NCBI GenBank assembly: GCA_021324755.1
Contig: JAJPIL010000023.1
Coordinates: 28,138 to 92,137, forward strand
DNA: 64,000 bases
DNA from: Pseudomonadota bacterium
Lineage (GTDB): Bacteria > Desulfobacterota > Binatia > Binatales > Binataceae
Direction of reading: 5' to 3'
Under the pieces are notes generated by a model that did not search any database, had not been told where the DNA came from, and saw only the letters and a list, made by a program, of their open reading frames with translations. Each line of letters opens with the position of its first letter. Positions within the stretch are counted from its first letter, which is position 1. The position numbers and the translations under genes were made by a program. This document shows, piece by piece, positions 49,749 to 60,050 of the stretch.

Positions 49749-50327
49749 TCATTGCAGTACGACGAAATGGGCGCGCCGGTTCAAAGCGTAACATTCTTCG
49801 GTATGTTCGGTGCAGAGCGGAAGCTCCTTGCCATAACTGATCGTCGAAAGGCGATCGGCCGGCACGCCAAGCGTTACTAGATAATCTTTGGCGGCCTGAG
49901 CGCGCTTAGCTCCAAGGGCGATATTGTACTCTTCGGAACCGCGTTCGTCGCAATGTCCCTCGATTTGAACTCTAGGATTACCGTGGGCTTCAAGCCACTG
50001 GGCGTTTCGACGCAGAATCTCGGAATCTTGGGGTCTTACGGTGTAGTCGTCAAAATCGAAGTGAATATCTGCCAGCGGGCTCGTATCCCTGCTGCGACCC
50101 AAAGTGCCGCGCTGAAACTGCGCAAGCGAAGAAGACGACGGCCCGGTCAAGCCTTGTTCGCCTAGCGTGCTCGGCGCGCCTGAGGAGGCAGCGCCGGCCT
50201 GCGCCGCGTTCTTCTTGCTAGAGCATCCGGATGGTACCAGAGCGAACGCCAGAAAAGCGAAAATTAGAGCCGCCGAATTAACTTTTTTATTGCGCCAACC
50301 ACCACGACCACGTCGGACTTGAATCAT
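49749..50327 (-). CDS. pal: peptidoglycan-associated lipoprotein Pal
   Basis: Lipoprotein signal (LVPSGC) and a C-terminal OmpA-like domain. It lies in the tolB-pal context. Confidence 0.85.
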   Translation of the reverse strand: MIQVRRGRGGWRNKKVNSAALIFAFLAFALVPSGCSSKKNAAQAGAASSGAPSTLGEQGLTGPSSSSLAQFQRGTLGRSRDTSPLADIHFDFDDYTVRPQDSEILRRNAQWLEAHGNPRVQIEGHCDERGSEEYNIALGAKRAQAAKDYLVTLGVPADRLSTISYGKELPLCTEHTEECYALNRRAHFVVLQ

Positions 50328-51666
50328 AACTGTTTCCCTCCGTCAAGGCTGATACGATTTTTCCCGTCTCGACCAGCATTAGGTACAGGCGCGAACTGCC
50401 GTTGCGCGTGGCGCTATACACTATGTAACGGCCGTCGGGCGACCAGGATGGGTGCTGGTTGGAGGCGTCGTCGTTGGTCAAACGCGTCGGTTCTCCGCCT
50501 TTGATGCTAATAAGATAAATGTCGAACTTGTTTCCATTGCGACTCTGGTAGGCCACGCGGTCGCCCTTCGGTGAAATCGCCGGCGTGGTGTTGTAGTCGC
50601 CCCGATATGTCAGACGCCGCACCGGACCGCCATTGACGCTGGTCAAGTAAATTTGCGGCGTTCCAGCACGGTCGGAAGTAAAAGCGATCATCTGGCCGTC
50701 GGCCGAGAAAGCTGGTCCGACGTTTATCGAATTGGTGTGCGTAAGCGTGCGCAAGATCGTTCCCGAGCGGTCCAAGAGATAGATGTTAGTCGCTCCGGAC
50801 TGAGCGATAGATGCGGCGATCGTGCGACCATCCGGTGAAAGAGCCCCGTCGACGATTTCGCCGTCCCGACTGCGAATTTCTATTTCGCGTCCGTGTGCCA
50901 GGTCGACTAAGTATAGCGCCGGAAAACCGCTTTTGTACGAGGTGTAGAGAAGCTCGTTGGGATCGCGCCCGAAACTGGGGAAAAGATTAATCGTGTTGTT
51001 GTTGGTGACGCGGTAGATGTCGCGGCCGTCCACGGACATGGTGAAAATTTCTTTAAACCGCCCACCGCCGGTTGAAACCAAGGCGATCTTCGAATCGAAC
51101 GGGCCTCGTTGACCCGTGGTGACCTCCAAGATGGCATCTGCGAACCGGCGCGCCATTTCAGCCACCTTGTCCCTACTGCCGAGGTAACGCTTGCCCAAGG
51201 CCTGGCGTCGTTGCACGACGTCGTACAAGTAAACTTCCAGTGCAAGCTTGCCTTGATCCTGGTAGACGGCGCCTTTGACTAAGAACTCCGCGTTGATCGA
51301 GCTCCAGTCGTCGAAGTTGAACTCGCCCAGCTTGTATCCGGACTGTTGAGGATCCTCGATGTAAGCCTCGGGCGAAATAATCTTAAAGAAGCTCGACAAG
51401 GTCAAATCTCTTCTCAAGACCCACACGAAATCGTCAGATATGGCATGGTTCGGATCGGCGCCGAGGTCTTTGAGCGCCGAGATCGCGATTTGAAACTGTC
51501 GCGACCCTGGCCCGACTATTTCCATCTTAATCTGAGCAAGCCCGCTAGCCGCAAGCGCGACAGAAAAGATCGTGGCCGCTAGCGCGACCAAGAACACGTT
51601 CACCGGTCCGCGTCGTCTGAGAGTGCCTAAAAGCTTAGGCTTCATCAGTTTCTCCCCATCTTTCAT
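50287..51666 (-). CDS. tolB: Tol-Pal system beta-propeller protein TolB
   Basis: 459 aa with the TolB N-terminal domain and repeated beta-propeller blades (DGxxIA/YxS). Confidence 0.9.
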   Translation of the reverse strand: MKDGEKLMKPKLLGTLRRRGPVNVFLVALAATIFSVALAASGLAQIKMEIVGPGSRQFQIAISALKDLGADPNHAISDDFVWVLRRDLTLSSFFKIISPEAYIEDPQQSGYKLGEFNFDDWSSINAEFLVKGAVYQDQGKLALEVYLYDVVQRRQALGKRYLGSRDKVAEMARRFADAILEVTTGQRGPFDSKIALVSTGGGRFKEIFTMSVDGRDIYRVTNNNTINLFPSFGRDPNELLYTSYKSGFPALYLVDLAHGREIEIRSRDGEIVDGALSPDGRTIAASIAQSGATNIYLLDRSGTILRTLTHTNSINVGPAFSADGQMIAFTSDRAGTPQIYLTSVNGGPVRRLTYRGDYNTTPAISPKGDRVAYQSRNGNKFDIYLISIKGGEPTRLTNDDASNQHPSWSPDGRYIVYSATRNGSSRLYLMLVETGKIVSALTEGNSYDSSPTWSWWLAQ

Positions 51667-51694
51667 CAGCTTATTCTCAATAACTACCCGCTGC

Positions 51695-53038
51695 CTAACT
51701 TTGGGAGCTCAATTCGCCAAGCTTAAAGACCGCCTCGACGCCTTGCGAAAACTGCGCTCTGTACTTCTCGGGCGGCGGCGGCAAAGGCGAAGCGGAACGG
51801 ATTGCGCGTACCACCGAATTGTCAAAGGCGAGGTCATGAGAGCTTTTCACTATGCGCGTTGATGTTACGTTGCCATTTTCATCGATCGAAAACAGGACGA
51901 CCGTCGTGAGTTCACTGTTGCCACCGTAGAAAGTCCAGCTCTGTTTAATTCTCTCCTTGATCGTACGGTAATAGTAGATAAACTCCGGATCCGATTGGAT
52001 CCCTGCGCTACCTGAACCTTCGCCCGCGCCTGTGCCCTTGCCCTCAAGGGGAGTACCGCTGCGAGCTGTGCGTTGAGCTTCGGCTAGATGCTCAGCGAGC
52101 AAGCGTTGTCGCAAAGCCTCCAGGCGCTCCTTGACATCTGGCGTAGGCTCGGCGCGTTGCGGCGTCGGTTGTCGAGCCTCGGCTCGAGCCGTGGCCTCTG
52201 CTCTTGCCTTGCTCCGCTCGGGCGGCTTTTTGGCCTTGCCGGGTGTAACGGGCGTCTGCAGAGACCTCGGTCGGCTTTCAGGCGAGGGACGCGGATGGAC
52301 CGTCTCGGCCTTGGCGTGGGCTAGTGCAGTCGGCTTGGCGTGGGGCGTAGCCTGCAGATGCTTCTGCGGCGTTGAACTAGAGGGAGGTCTTGGCGTCGGT
52401 GTCGAAGTCGGACTCGGCGTTGGTGTCGGTGTGGGCGAAGGCGACGGCTTGGCGGATTTGGAGACCAGCGGCGAACTTATTGCTATCTTGGTCGGCTCCG
52501 GTGTCGGCGTCGCGGCAAACGGGCTTGGTGTCGGCGTCATTTCCGCGGCTTTGCTTGGCGCCGGGGTCGGGGTTGGTTGAACAGCAGAACTTGTCTTAAG
52601 CGTAGGTGAGTTTGTCGGCACAAGCATCGGTGGCAGCGCCTTGGCTAGAGAGCTTGCCGAAGCAGAAGGCGATGGCGTCAGATGTGTGGTGGGACTTGGG
52701 ATCGCTGCAAGCTTGGGTGTCGGTTTTTCGACTTGAGGAACTGGGGTCGGCACCACCGAAGCCTTGGGTGTACTAGCCAACCTTGGTTTGAACGGCGTTG
52801 GCACAGGTGTTGGAGCAAGCGCAGGCAAGCGCAAGGCGAGCGCGCCCGCCGGTAGACGGTCGACCATCTTGACGGTGTAGGTCGGCGCTACGAATTCTCG
52901 CGCCTTAAAATACCGCGGTAACACTATGAGTAGTAGATAGCCAATTACAAGATGCAACAGCGCTGAAAGCGCGATTGCGCCGATAAAGCCTGCAGTGGGA
53001 CGTTGGGTTAAGGAAGTTTCCGACTCAGGCAGGGCCAC
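51695..53038 (-). CDS. tolA: TolA / TonB-family energy transducer (proline-rich, TonB C-terminal domain)
   Basis: N-terminal TM anchor, a long P/T/S/A/K-rich spacer and a C-terminal TonB-like domain. It sits between tolR and tolB. Confidence 0.75.
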   Translation of the reverse strand: MALPESETSLTQRPTAGFIGAIALSALLHLVIGYLLLIVLPRYFKAREFVAPTYTVKMVDRLPAGALALRLPALAPTPVPTPFKPRLASTPKASVVPTPVPQVEKPTPKLAAIPSPTTHLTPSPSASASSLAKALPPMLVPTNSPTLKTSSAVQPTPTPAPSKAAEMTPTPSPFAATPTPEPTKIAISSPLVSKSAKPSPSPTPTPTPSPTSTPTPRPPSSSTPQKHLQATPHAKPTALAHAKAETVHPRPSPESRPRSLQTPVTPGKAKKPPERSKARAEATARAEARQPTPQRAEPTPDVKERLEALRQRLLAEHLAEAQRTARSGTPLEGKGTGAGEGSGSAGIQSDPEFIYYYRTIKERIKQSWTFYGGNSELTTVVLFSIDENGNVTSTRIVKSSHDLAFDNSVVRAIRSASPLPPPPEKYRAQFSQGVEAVFKLGELSSQS

Positions 53039-53477
53039 GCTTGCGCTCGTTTGACTCTGGGTTTTGCGCAGGCGAGGGCGGCTCGGTTACGAGGCTTACG
53101 TTTTCGATTCCCGCAGCCTTGATCGCCGCCATGGTTTGCATCACTTGTCCGTAGGGAACCGCCTCGTCGGCCCGCAAAAAGATCTGACGGTCTGGCCGCT
53201 CGCGCGCGATGGCGCGAAGCTTGCGAGTTAATTCCGGCAACTCGAGTTTGGTGTCGTTAAGGTATATCTCCTGCTGCCGGGTGATCGATACGACAAATTG
53301 CTGCTCAGAACCGGGCAGCGCTGCCGCTCGCACGCGCGGTAGATTGACCTGTACTCCCTGCTGCAAGATCGGCGCCGTGATCATAAAGATGATTAGCAAG
53401 ACCAACATCACGTCAACCAGCGGCGTGACGTTGATCTGGGATACAAGGGTACCCCGTTGAACCGGCTCTCCCGTCAT
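53025..53477 (-). CDS. tolR: TolR / ExbD family protein
   Basis: 150 aa with a single TM segment and an ExbD/TolR periplasmic domain. Confidence 0.85.
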   Translation of the reverse strand: MTGEPVQRGTLVSQINVTPLVDVMLVLLIIFMITAPILQQGVQVNLPRVRAAALPGSEQQFVVSITRQQEIYLNDTKLELPELTRKLRAIARERPDRQIFLRADEAVPYGQVMQTMAAIKAAGIENVSLVTEPPSPAQNPESNERKRGPA

Positions 53478-53493
53478 AGTCGAATAATTTGCG

Positions 53494-54201
53494 CTAATTC
53501 AAAAAATGTCGTTCGGCGATGTTCACGAACTCCGACGTAAAATTGTCCATCTCGGTGGAGAGGACGCGCACCCTGGCGGTAAAGTAGTTATAAAACATTT
53601 GCGCCGGAATCGCTGCCACCAGACCGACGGCAGTCGTCACCAAAGCCTCGGCGATACCCGGAGCCACGGCCTGGATATTGGACGAGTGCGCTGCTGACAG
53701 GCCTAGAAAAGCGGTCATTATTCCCCAAACCGTGCCGAACAGACCGATAAATGGGCAGGTCGAGCCAGTGGTCGCCAGAAAAGTTATCCCGGTCTCGAGC
53801 TTGGTGAGCTCGACGTTGGCTGCTCGCCTCATTGCTCGTAAGACGTTGTCTACTCCGCCCAGTTCCGTCGAAAAACCGCTCTCCGCATTCACTACTTGGC
53901 GTTTTGCCCGCGTAAGACGCAGAAGCTCTTGGTACCCAGCTCGAAAGACCTGAGCAACCGGGCTGTGGCGCAGTCCGACGCTCGCGTTGTGGATAGCGGA
54001 TAAATTGCGCGACTCCCAGAAGATCGCAATAAAACGTTCCGACTCCTTGCGCGCCCGCGAAATTTGACGCAGTTTGAAAAGGATTATCCCCCAACTCCCA
54101 ATCGAGAAGGCGATGAGCGTCAGCAGCACCGCCTGCACCATCGGGCCGGTATCGAGTAACAACTGCAAGATGTTGGGAACGCTTGCCTCGCCTTCTAACA
54201 T
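53494..54201 (-). CDS. tolQ: TolQ / ExbB family proton channel
   Basis: 235 aa MotA/TolQ/ExbB family with 3 TM segments. Confidence 0.85.
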   Translation of the reverse strand: MLEGEASVPNILQLLLDTGPMVQAVLLTLIAFSIGSWGIILFKLRQISRARKESERFIAIFWESRNLSAIHNASVGLRHSPVAQVFRAGYQELLRLTRAKRQVVNAESGFSTELGGVDNVLRAMRRAANVELTKLETGITFLATTGSTCPFIGLFGTVWGIMTAFLGLSAAHSSNIQAVAPGIAEALVTTAVGLVAAIPAQMFYNYFTARVRVLSTEMDNFTSEFVNIAERHFLN

Positions 54202-54660
54202 AAAACCTTAGAACCTTGCTTGTTTCCTAGATTTTTGCTGCTGGCCGAATCTACAAGGCACCGATGGCGGTTTCTTTGTCCTAATAGCGCTCGGTTTAGC
54301 GTTAGTCGTTTACCTAAGGTCTCGTCGAGTGGCAGCCACACGCGACCAGCCTCTACGTACAGCTCGATTATAGCGATCGGGAAAGTCAGGCTGCAAAACT
54401 CACGCCGATCCTAGCACGCCGCTCACTGGTTCGAGCGATCTGTGGCACCGCTTACCCACGATGGATCGGTAACACCGAGTTTGGGGCTTTTCCGCGATTG
54501 TTTTACACTGGCGACAACTAGCTGTCGCTGCCTTTACGTTCTGAAAAGCATATGCCTGTCAAAAAATTTTCTGCTAGAGTGAGTTTATTCAGCAACTATC
54601 CAACCCATCTGCTCTGCGCTTCAATCGCAGAAATGTCTCGCTGGGAGGTATTGAGGAGGG

Positions 54661-55665
54661 ATGGCAACTAGGATCGCGATTAACGGATTTGGGCGGATCG
54701 GCCGACTGGCGTTTCGCGCGCTACTGAACAAACCCGAGCTCGAGGTCGTGGCAGTCAATGACATAACAGATGCGCCCACGTTGGCCCATCTGCTGAAACA
54801 CGACTCGGTGCACGGCGCGCTCAAGCACCAGGTGGAGGTACGGGGCAACCGAATCGCCGTGGATGGACGAGAGTTCGAGGTGTTAAGCGAGCGCGAGCCC
54901 GCTAAACTGCCTTGGTCGAAGCTGGGCGTTCAGCTCGTCGTCGAATCCACGGGTCTGTTCACCAAGCGCGAGCAGGCGGCAGCTCATCTTGCGGCGGGCG
55001 CAAAAAAGGTGGTGATAAGCGCTCCGGCGGACGGGGTAGACGTGACCTTGTGCCTTGGCGTTAACCATCAGAGCTACCGGCCGCAGGAGCATCATATTAT
55101 TTCTAACGCTTCGTGCACGACGAACTGTCTGGCGCCGCTGGCCAAGGTGCTGCACGAAAACTTTGGAATTGTGCATGGCCTGATGACCACCGTACACGCC
55201 TATACGTCGGACCAGCGCTTGCACGACGCTCCGCATAGAGATTTGCGACGAGCGCGGGCGGCTGCGCTTTCGATGGTGCCGACGTCGACCGGCGCTGCGC
55301 GTGCGATCGGGCTTGTCCTGCCTGCGCTCAACGGTAAGCTCGACGGAATCGCAGTGCGCGTTCCCGTTGCCAACGTTTCGATGGTCGATTTGACGGCTAC
55401 TTTGGAGCGCGACGCCGACGAAAAAGCGATCAACGCCGCGATGAAAGCGGCGGCGCAAGGCGAGCTTAAGGGCGTTCTCGAGTATCGGGAAGAGCCCTTG
55501 GTCTCAGTCGACATCAACGGTAATCCCCATTCCTGTGTATTCGACGCGCCGCTCACCAAGGTGCTCGACCGCCGGCTCGTCAAAGTATTTGCCTGGTATG
55601 ACAACGAGTGGGGCTATTCGAACCGTCTAGCAGACATCACCGCGTTGGTCGCCAGGAGTCTCTAG
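54661..55665 (+). CDS. gap: type I glyceraldehyde-3-phosphate dehydrogenase
   Basis: INGFGRIGR NAD-binding motif and ASCTTNCLAP active site. 334 aa. Confidence 0.95.
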   Translation: MATRIAINGFGRIGRLAFRALLNKPELEVVAVNDITDAPTLAHLLKHDSVHGALKHQVEVRGNRIAVDGREFEVLSEREPAKLPWSKLGVQLVVESTGLFTKREQAAAHLAAGAKKVVISAPADGVDVTLCLGVNHQSYRPQEHHIISNASCTTNCLAPLAKVLHENFGIVHGLMTTVHAYTSDQRLHDAPHRDLRRARAAALSMVPTSTGAARAIGLVLPALNGKLDGIAVRVPVANVSMVDLTATLERDADEKAINAAMKAAAQGELKGVLEYREEPLVSVDINGNPHSCVFDAPLTKVLDRRLVKVFAWYDNEWGYSNRLADITALVARSL

Positions 55666-55909
55666 CGATTTGTCCAGCAAATTTCATAGCGGCGTGTTCG
55701 CGCCCTTTGGAAACCCTAAGCGTTTCGTCTGCGCGGCGGGTTTTTGAGCGCTTGACGGCGCGCAAACCTGACCTTTCTAAAGAATTGTTTACGCCCGTAT
55801 AAGCGATCGAACGTGGTTTACGTTGGATTTTGGCAGCTTCGCGACGCTATCTTGATTGGAGGTCGCAGCGATAGGCTGTGATTGGACGGAGCTGAAAGAG
55901 TTAGCAACG

Positions 55910-56683
55910 ATGCGCAAGACGCTGATTGTTGGAAACTGGAAAATGAACCTCGAGCGCTTGGGCGCAAGAAGCCTTGTAAGTGCGATCCGCTCAAAGCTCG
56001 ATCCTCAGTCTGCCCGGCTTAAGGAACAACGAGAGATTGCGGTGGCACCTCCTTTCGTGCTGCTATACGCCGTGTCCCAAGAACTGGCCGGCTCGGACAT
56101 CCTGCTTGCCGCGCAGAACATGCATTTCGAGGACAGCGGAGCTTACACGGGGGAAGTTTCGCCGCCGATGCTCAAGCCTTTCGGCGTTCGCTACGTAATA
56201 TTAGGTCACTCAGAGCGACGTCAGTTTTTCAAGGAAACCGACGATTTAATCAACAAAAAGGTCAAAGCCGCGTTGCGCCATCGCATAAATCCTATCTTGT
56301 GCGTCGGCGAAACTGCCGACCAACGTAAAGAGGGCCGCACGCTCGACGTGGTGATGGCGCAGCTTGAAGGAGGTCTTGAAGGAATCGAGGCTTCGCAGCT
56401 AAGTTCATTGACGATAGCTTACGAACCCGTCTGGGCGATCGGCACTGGTGTTAATGCTACTCCCGAACAAGCTCAGGAAGTTCATGGGATTATTCGCAAT
56501 AGACTGCAGGCTCGGTTCGGCACAGAGCTGGCGCAAGGTGCCCGTATTCTTTACGGAGGTAGCGTAACGCCCGAAAACGCCGCTTCGTTGCTGGCGATGC
56601 CGGATATTGACGGCGCCCTGGTCGGGGGAGCAAGCTTGAAGGCTGACTCGTTCGCCGCAATCGTGATGGCAGGACTCGGTTAG
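55910..56683 (+). CDS. tpiA: triose-phosphate isomerase
   Basis: VGNWKMN and AYEPVWAIGTG motifs. The likely start is MRKTLIVGNWKMN at 55910; the six-frame ORF begins at 55856. Confidence 0.9.
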   Translation: MRKTLIVGNWKMNLERLGARSLVSAIRSKLDPQSARLKEQREIAVAPPFVLLYAVSQELAGSDILLAAQNMHFEDSGAYTGEVSPPMLKPFGVRYVILGHSERRQFFKETDDLINKKVKAALRHRINPILCVGETADQRKEGRTLDVVMAQLEGGLEGIEASQLSSLTIAYEPVWAIGTGVNATPEQAQEVHGIIRNRLQARFGTELAQGARILYGGSVTPENAASLLAMPDIDGALVGGASLKADSFAAIVMAGLG

Positions 56684-56688
56684 GTCTG

Positions 56689-57033
56689 ATGGTCGCAGTC
56701 GTCATATCGTTGCACGTTCTGGTCTGTATTTTGATGACGGTCGTCGTGCTATTGCAGCAAGGAAAAGGCGCCGATATTGGCGCGGTATTTGGCGGCTCTA
56801 GCCAAACGCTTTTTGGCGCAAGCGGGGCAGGTAATTTTTTGACGAAAACTACGGGTGTTCTTGCGCTTATTTTCTTCATGACCTCGCTTTATCTTGCCCA
56901 TTCGTCGGCTGCGCGGGTCAGCTATAGCGTCTTTGACCGGCCAGTAAAGGTTCCTGCCGCCTCTGCCAAAACCGCGCCTGCCGCTGCAAAGCCCGGCAAG
57001 GCCCCTTCGCCCGTCACCGGCAATAAGAAGTAG
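56689..57033 (+). CDS. secG: preprotein translocase subunit SecG
   Basis: 114 aa with two TM segments and the LLQQGKG motif. Classic tpiA-secG-tRNA-Leu synteny. Confidence 0.85.
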   Translation: MVAVVISLHVLVCILMTVVVLLQQGKGADIGAVFGGSSQTLFGASGAGNFLTKTTGVLALIFFMTSLYLAHSSAARVSYSVFDRPVKVPAASAKTAPAAAKPGKAPSPVTGNKK

Positions 57034-57135
57034 CGTGTGTCAAGATCGAAAAGCTCCGTGCTCTTGGGCGTTGCTCGAGTGTCGGGTAGTCTTAAGTAAT
57101 TGAAGGGCTTATTAGAGCAGTTTAGACCGACAGGT

Positions 57136-57222
57136 GCGAGGGTGGTGGAACTGGCAGACACGCGAGTTTGAGGGGCTCGTGGTAGCAATACCGTGCGGGT
57201 TCAAGTCCCGCCCCTCGCACCA
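57136..57222 (+). tRNA. tRNA-Leu (anticodon GAG), class II
   Basis: GCGAGGGUGGUGGAACUGGCAGACACGCGAGUUUGAGGGGCUCGUGGUAGCAAUACCGUGCGGGUUCAAGUCCCGCCCCUCGCACCA. It has a 7-bp acceptor stem, anticodon loop UUGAGGG, a long variable arm, a GCGGG/CCCGC T-arm and a 3' CCA. Confidence 0.85.
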
Positions 57223-57359
57223 ACTATCACACAGGTAGGCTTGGGAGCTCCCGCCAGCTCGGCACCGTTCGGCCTCGAACTTGCCCGGATCTAGGCGCTT
57301 CAGGTTTCCTCTTTCGCTGGCATCTTTCTACAGAAGATGATCCTCGTTACGCACCGAGC

Positions 57360-58424
57360 TTATGTCTGGGCCCTTGGATGGGAGCCGGCCCGAGGAGGCG
57401 CCGTATCGCCGTCGACTTTGCGGTTTTGTCCAAAAAGACTTAACGATCCTTGACCGTCTGGCTGTGCTTCGAAAACTGGGCCGGGAGCCTTGGGTCGGCG
57501 CTCTCCGTTAGGAAATCCGTATCGAGATTTGATCTCCTGAAAAACTGTAGCCAATTGCTGGTCGTAAGCCTTTGGCGCATACGCGCTTGAGCTATAAAAC
57601 GAGTCGACCTTTGCCGCCAGATGGGGAAGTTTGCTCCGCACAAAAGGTAAGAAGCGCCTTGCGGCAGCGGGCTTGAGAAACAGCGACCGCCACCACACTT
57701 GCGAAGCGCCGGCTTGGCGCGCCGCGCGGACGACCAGCTCGAGGGCGCTGCGCTGGTCGGTAAGGCCGGGTATTACGGGCATCACCAGGACCTGGCAAAA
57801 AATTCCCTCACGGCTAAGCTCGGCGAGCGCACGCAAGCGTAACGCCGGCCGCGGAGCTCGCGGCTCCAGAATTCGTTGCAGCCTTCGGTCAAGCGTTATC
57901 AGCGAAAAATTTACCGTCAACCGGCAACGGCGGTTAATCGCTTTGAGCAAATCGAGGTCGCGCAAAATAAGATGGGATTTGGTCGTTATCGAAAGTTCGA
58001 GCCCCTGCGTTTGCGCAAAAACCTCCAAAAGTTGTCGCGTAATACGATACGTCCGTTCAGCTGGCTGATAGGGGTCAGTAGCTGTTCCCAGCGCTATCGC
58101 TCCGCCGCACAGCTTCGAGCGAGCAAGAGTTTTTAGCAAAGCTCTTTGTGCCTGCGTTTTTACGAAGATTCGCCGCTCGAAGTCCATCGGGTCTGCCAAA
58201 TCTAGAAACTCGTGCGTATAGCGCGCATAACAGTACACGCATCCGAACTCGCATCCTCGGTAGGGATTTATCGTCCAGTCAAAAGGCAAGCGCTTGTTGG
58301 CGCATCGGTTGACGATCTCCTTTACAGGCATCGCGACGAACTCAACCCCTCGGCCTCGAGACCTAAGGTCGTTGAGCGACGCTTTCTCGGGTATTTCGAG
58401 GGCGGGAAACAGCACAAAAACCAA
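57360..58424 (-). CDS. radical SAM protein (Rv2578c / SPL-like DNA-repair photolyase family)
   Basis: Its CX3CX2C motif (CEFGCVYC) lies near the N-terminus. The likely start is MPVKEIV at 58331. Confidence 0.7.
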   Translation of the reverse strand: MVFVLFPALEIPEKASLNDLRSRGRGVEFVAMPVKEIVNRCANKRLPFDWTINPYRGCEFGCVYCYARYTHEFLDLADPMDFERRIFVKTQAQRALLKTLARSKLCGGAIALGTATDPYQPAERTYRITRQLLEVFAQTQGLELSITTKSHLILRDLDLLKAINRRCRLTVNFSLITLDRRLQRILEPRAPRPALRLRALAELSREGIFCQVLVMPVIPGLTDQRSALELVVRAARQAGASQVWWRSLFLKPAAARRFLPFVRSKLPHLAAKVDSFYSSSAYAPKAYDQQLATVFQEIKSRYGFPNGERRPKAPGPVFEAQPDGQGSLSLFGQNRKVDGDTAPPRAGSHPRAQT

Positions 58425-58594
58425 CCGAGTCGTTTTTGCCTATATTTCGCCAGTAACGCTAAACAGGGTCAAGGCCGCTTGCTGCGAAAAGGTTCTGGCG
58501 AGAGGCTGAGCGCGTTTAAACGGCTTTTGCCTAGCAATCGTGGCGAGGAAGGGATAACCCTCCGAGCCGGCTCGTCCGCCTGTAAAGCTTTTGG

Positions 58595-59857
58595 CTATGC
58601 CAGCACGAGAGCCGAATACGCGGGTGGAAGATTAGCAGTCAGCGACGTAAAAGTTTCACCCCCGTCCTGCGATCGAAGCACCATACCGCGGCTAGTGGTC
58701 GCAAAAAACTCGTCTGGACGCGCTGGATTCTGAACGATAGTCATCACCATCCCGTGCAACGGGTCTTCCTCGAGCTCGACCGTGACGGCCTGAAAACTTT
58801 GCGCGCCGTCGACGCTGCGGAAAAGCCGGGCTCGAGCGCCACCCTCCCTGATCCAGGTTTGCGGCGGTCCGAATCCGGCGGCGGTAAATACCGCGCCTAC
58901 AGGTTGGTTGGTTGCAAGCGTCGGCACGGCATAGCTGCGAACGCATTCCAGAAGAACAGGCGACCAGAGTCGTCCGCCGTTGGTGGAGCGGTAAAATCCG
59001 GCGCCAGTTGCGGCATAGAGCACGTTCGAATCATAAGGCGAGACCGCAATCGAATGGACGTCGAGATTGAGCCCGTTGTTCAACGGCTCGAAGCTGTCGC
59101 TACCTTCTCGCGAGCGGAACACACCGCCGCCTTCCACTGCCACGTAGAAGACCTCAGGCTGGCTAGGGTCGAAGACGATCGCCCTGACGCGCGGCGCAGA
59201 TCCTGCGCAGCCTGGTTCCCATCGCAGCCGGCTTCGTACGTCGCGCAGTCCCAGGCATTCTTCGAACGTTTGCCCCGCGTCGTAACTGCGCAGCAGCCGT
59301 CCCCGAGAGGTTCCAACCAGAAGCCAACCTGGTTCGGAAGGCGAAGCGGCGATTGCCCACACGTCCTCGTCGACGCTGCCGCGGGGCGTGATATCTTCCC
59401 AGCTTTTGCCCCCATCGCGAGAGCGCGACAGCGTGCGCATCGTTCGCGCGTTGCCCAACGCCACGCACTCGTTCGAGCCCGCGTAAATTAGATTCCGATC
59501 GAAGCAATCAGCGGCAAGGCACCACACGGGAGCTGGGTCAGCATGTACCATCAAAGGCACGCGAGCACGCTCCGGGTCGAGCAGCACGATTCCTTTCGAG
59601 CTTCCTACGCATAGCAGCATGTGGTCGCCGAACCCCCGCCTCTGGCTAAACTTTGAGCTAAATTCCACAATCGCCGAAAACAGCCGGGGCCATCGCTGCT
59701 GTAAACTTGATCCTTCGCATGCATCGAATCGAATGACCCCCAGAAAGCTGGCACAAACCAAAAGCAAGCGTTCTCTCGTCTTGCCAAGGCGAACGTATGA
59801 TACCAACGACGGGCGCGCACGTGCAACGCGTTCTCGCGCTTGGTAAAGAATAGTCAC
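58595..59857 (-). CDS. BNR/Asp-box repeat protein (sialidase-fold / Ycf48-like beta-propeller)
   Basis: Several S-x-D-x-G-x-T/S-W/F Asp-box repeats (SRDGGKSWEDI, SYDAGQTFEE, STNGGRLWSPV, SVDGAQSFQAV, SQDGGETFTSL). The real start may be an internal Met. Confidence 0.65.
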   Translation of the reverse strand: MTILYQARERVARARPSLVSYVRLGKTRERLLLVCASFLGVIRFDACEGSSLQQRWPRLFSAIVEFSSKFSQRRGFGDHMLLCVGSSKGIVLLDPERARVPLMVHADPAPVWCLAADCFDRNLIYAGSNECVALGNARTMRTLSRSRDGGKSWEDITPRGSVDEDVWAIAASPSEPGWLLVGTSRGRLLRSYDAGQTFEECLGLRDVRSRLRWEPGCAGSAPRVRAIVFDPSQPEVFYVAVEGGGVFRSREGSDSFEPLNNGLNLDVHSIAVSPYDSNVLYAATGAGFYRSTNGGRLWSPVLLECVRSYAVPTLATNQPVGAVFTAAGFGPPQTWIREGGARARLFRSVDGAQSFQAVTVELEEDPLHGMVMTIVQNPARPDEFFATTSRGMVLRSQDGGETFTSLTANLPPAYSALVLA

Positions 59858-60050
59858 CTTTAGTGGACGAAGCTTCTTTGAGCTTAAGCCGCCAGATAGG
59901 GCAAGCCGGTTGCCGACAGAACGATTCGCCTTTTAGCGAGTCTCTTGGCTTTTCGTAGAAACCTGCGCGGTGGGTACAACCCTTGATGCTTGCGTTATTG
60001 CCTGGAGCTGTTGCGGAGCTTGGGACTCGGGCTTTTCGTCGATTTGTGGG

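Noticed and set aside
52100-52700. Tandemly repetitive DNA (ggcgtcggtgtcg...-type repeats) that could be mistaken for a repeat array or CRISPR
   Set aside because: It lies inside the tolA/TonB-family gene and encodes the proline/threonine/serine-rich periplasm-spanning linker (PTPTPSP...). There are no regular spacer-repeat units and no cas genes.
54202-54660. TGGCAC-containing sequence at about 54445 in the tolQ/gap divergent region as a possible sigma-54 promoter
   Set aside because: The -12 element does not match (ACCCA versus TTGCA).
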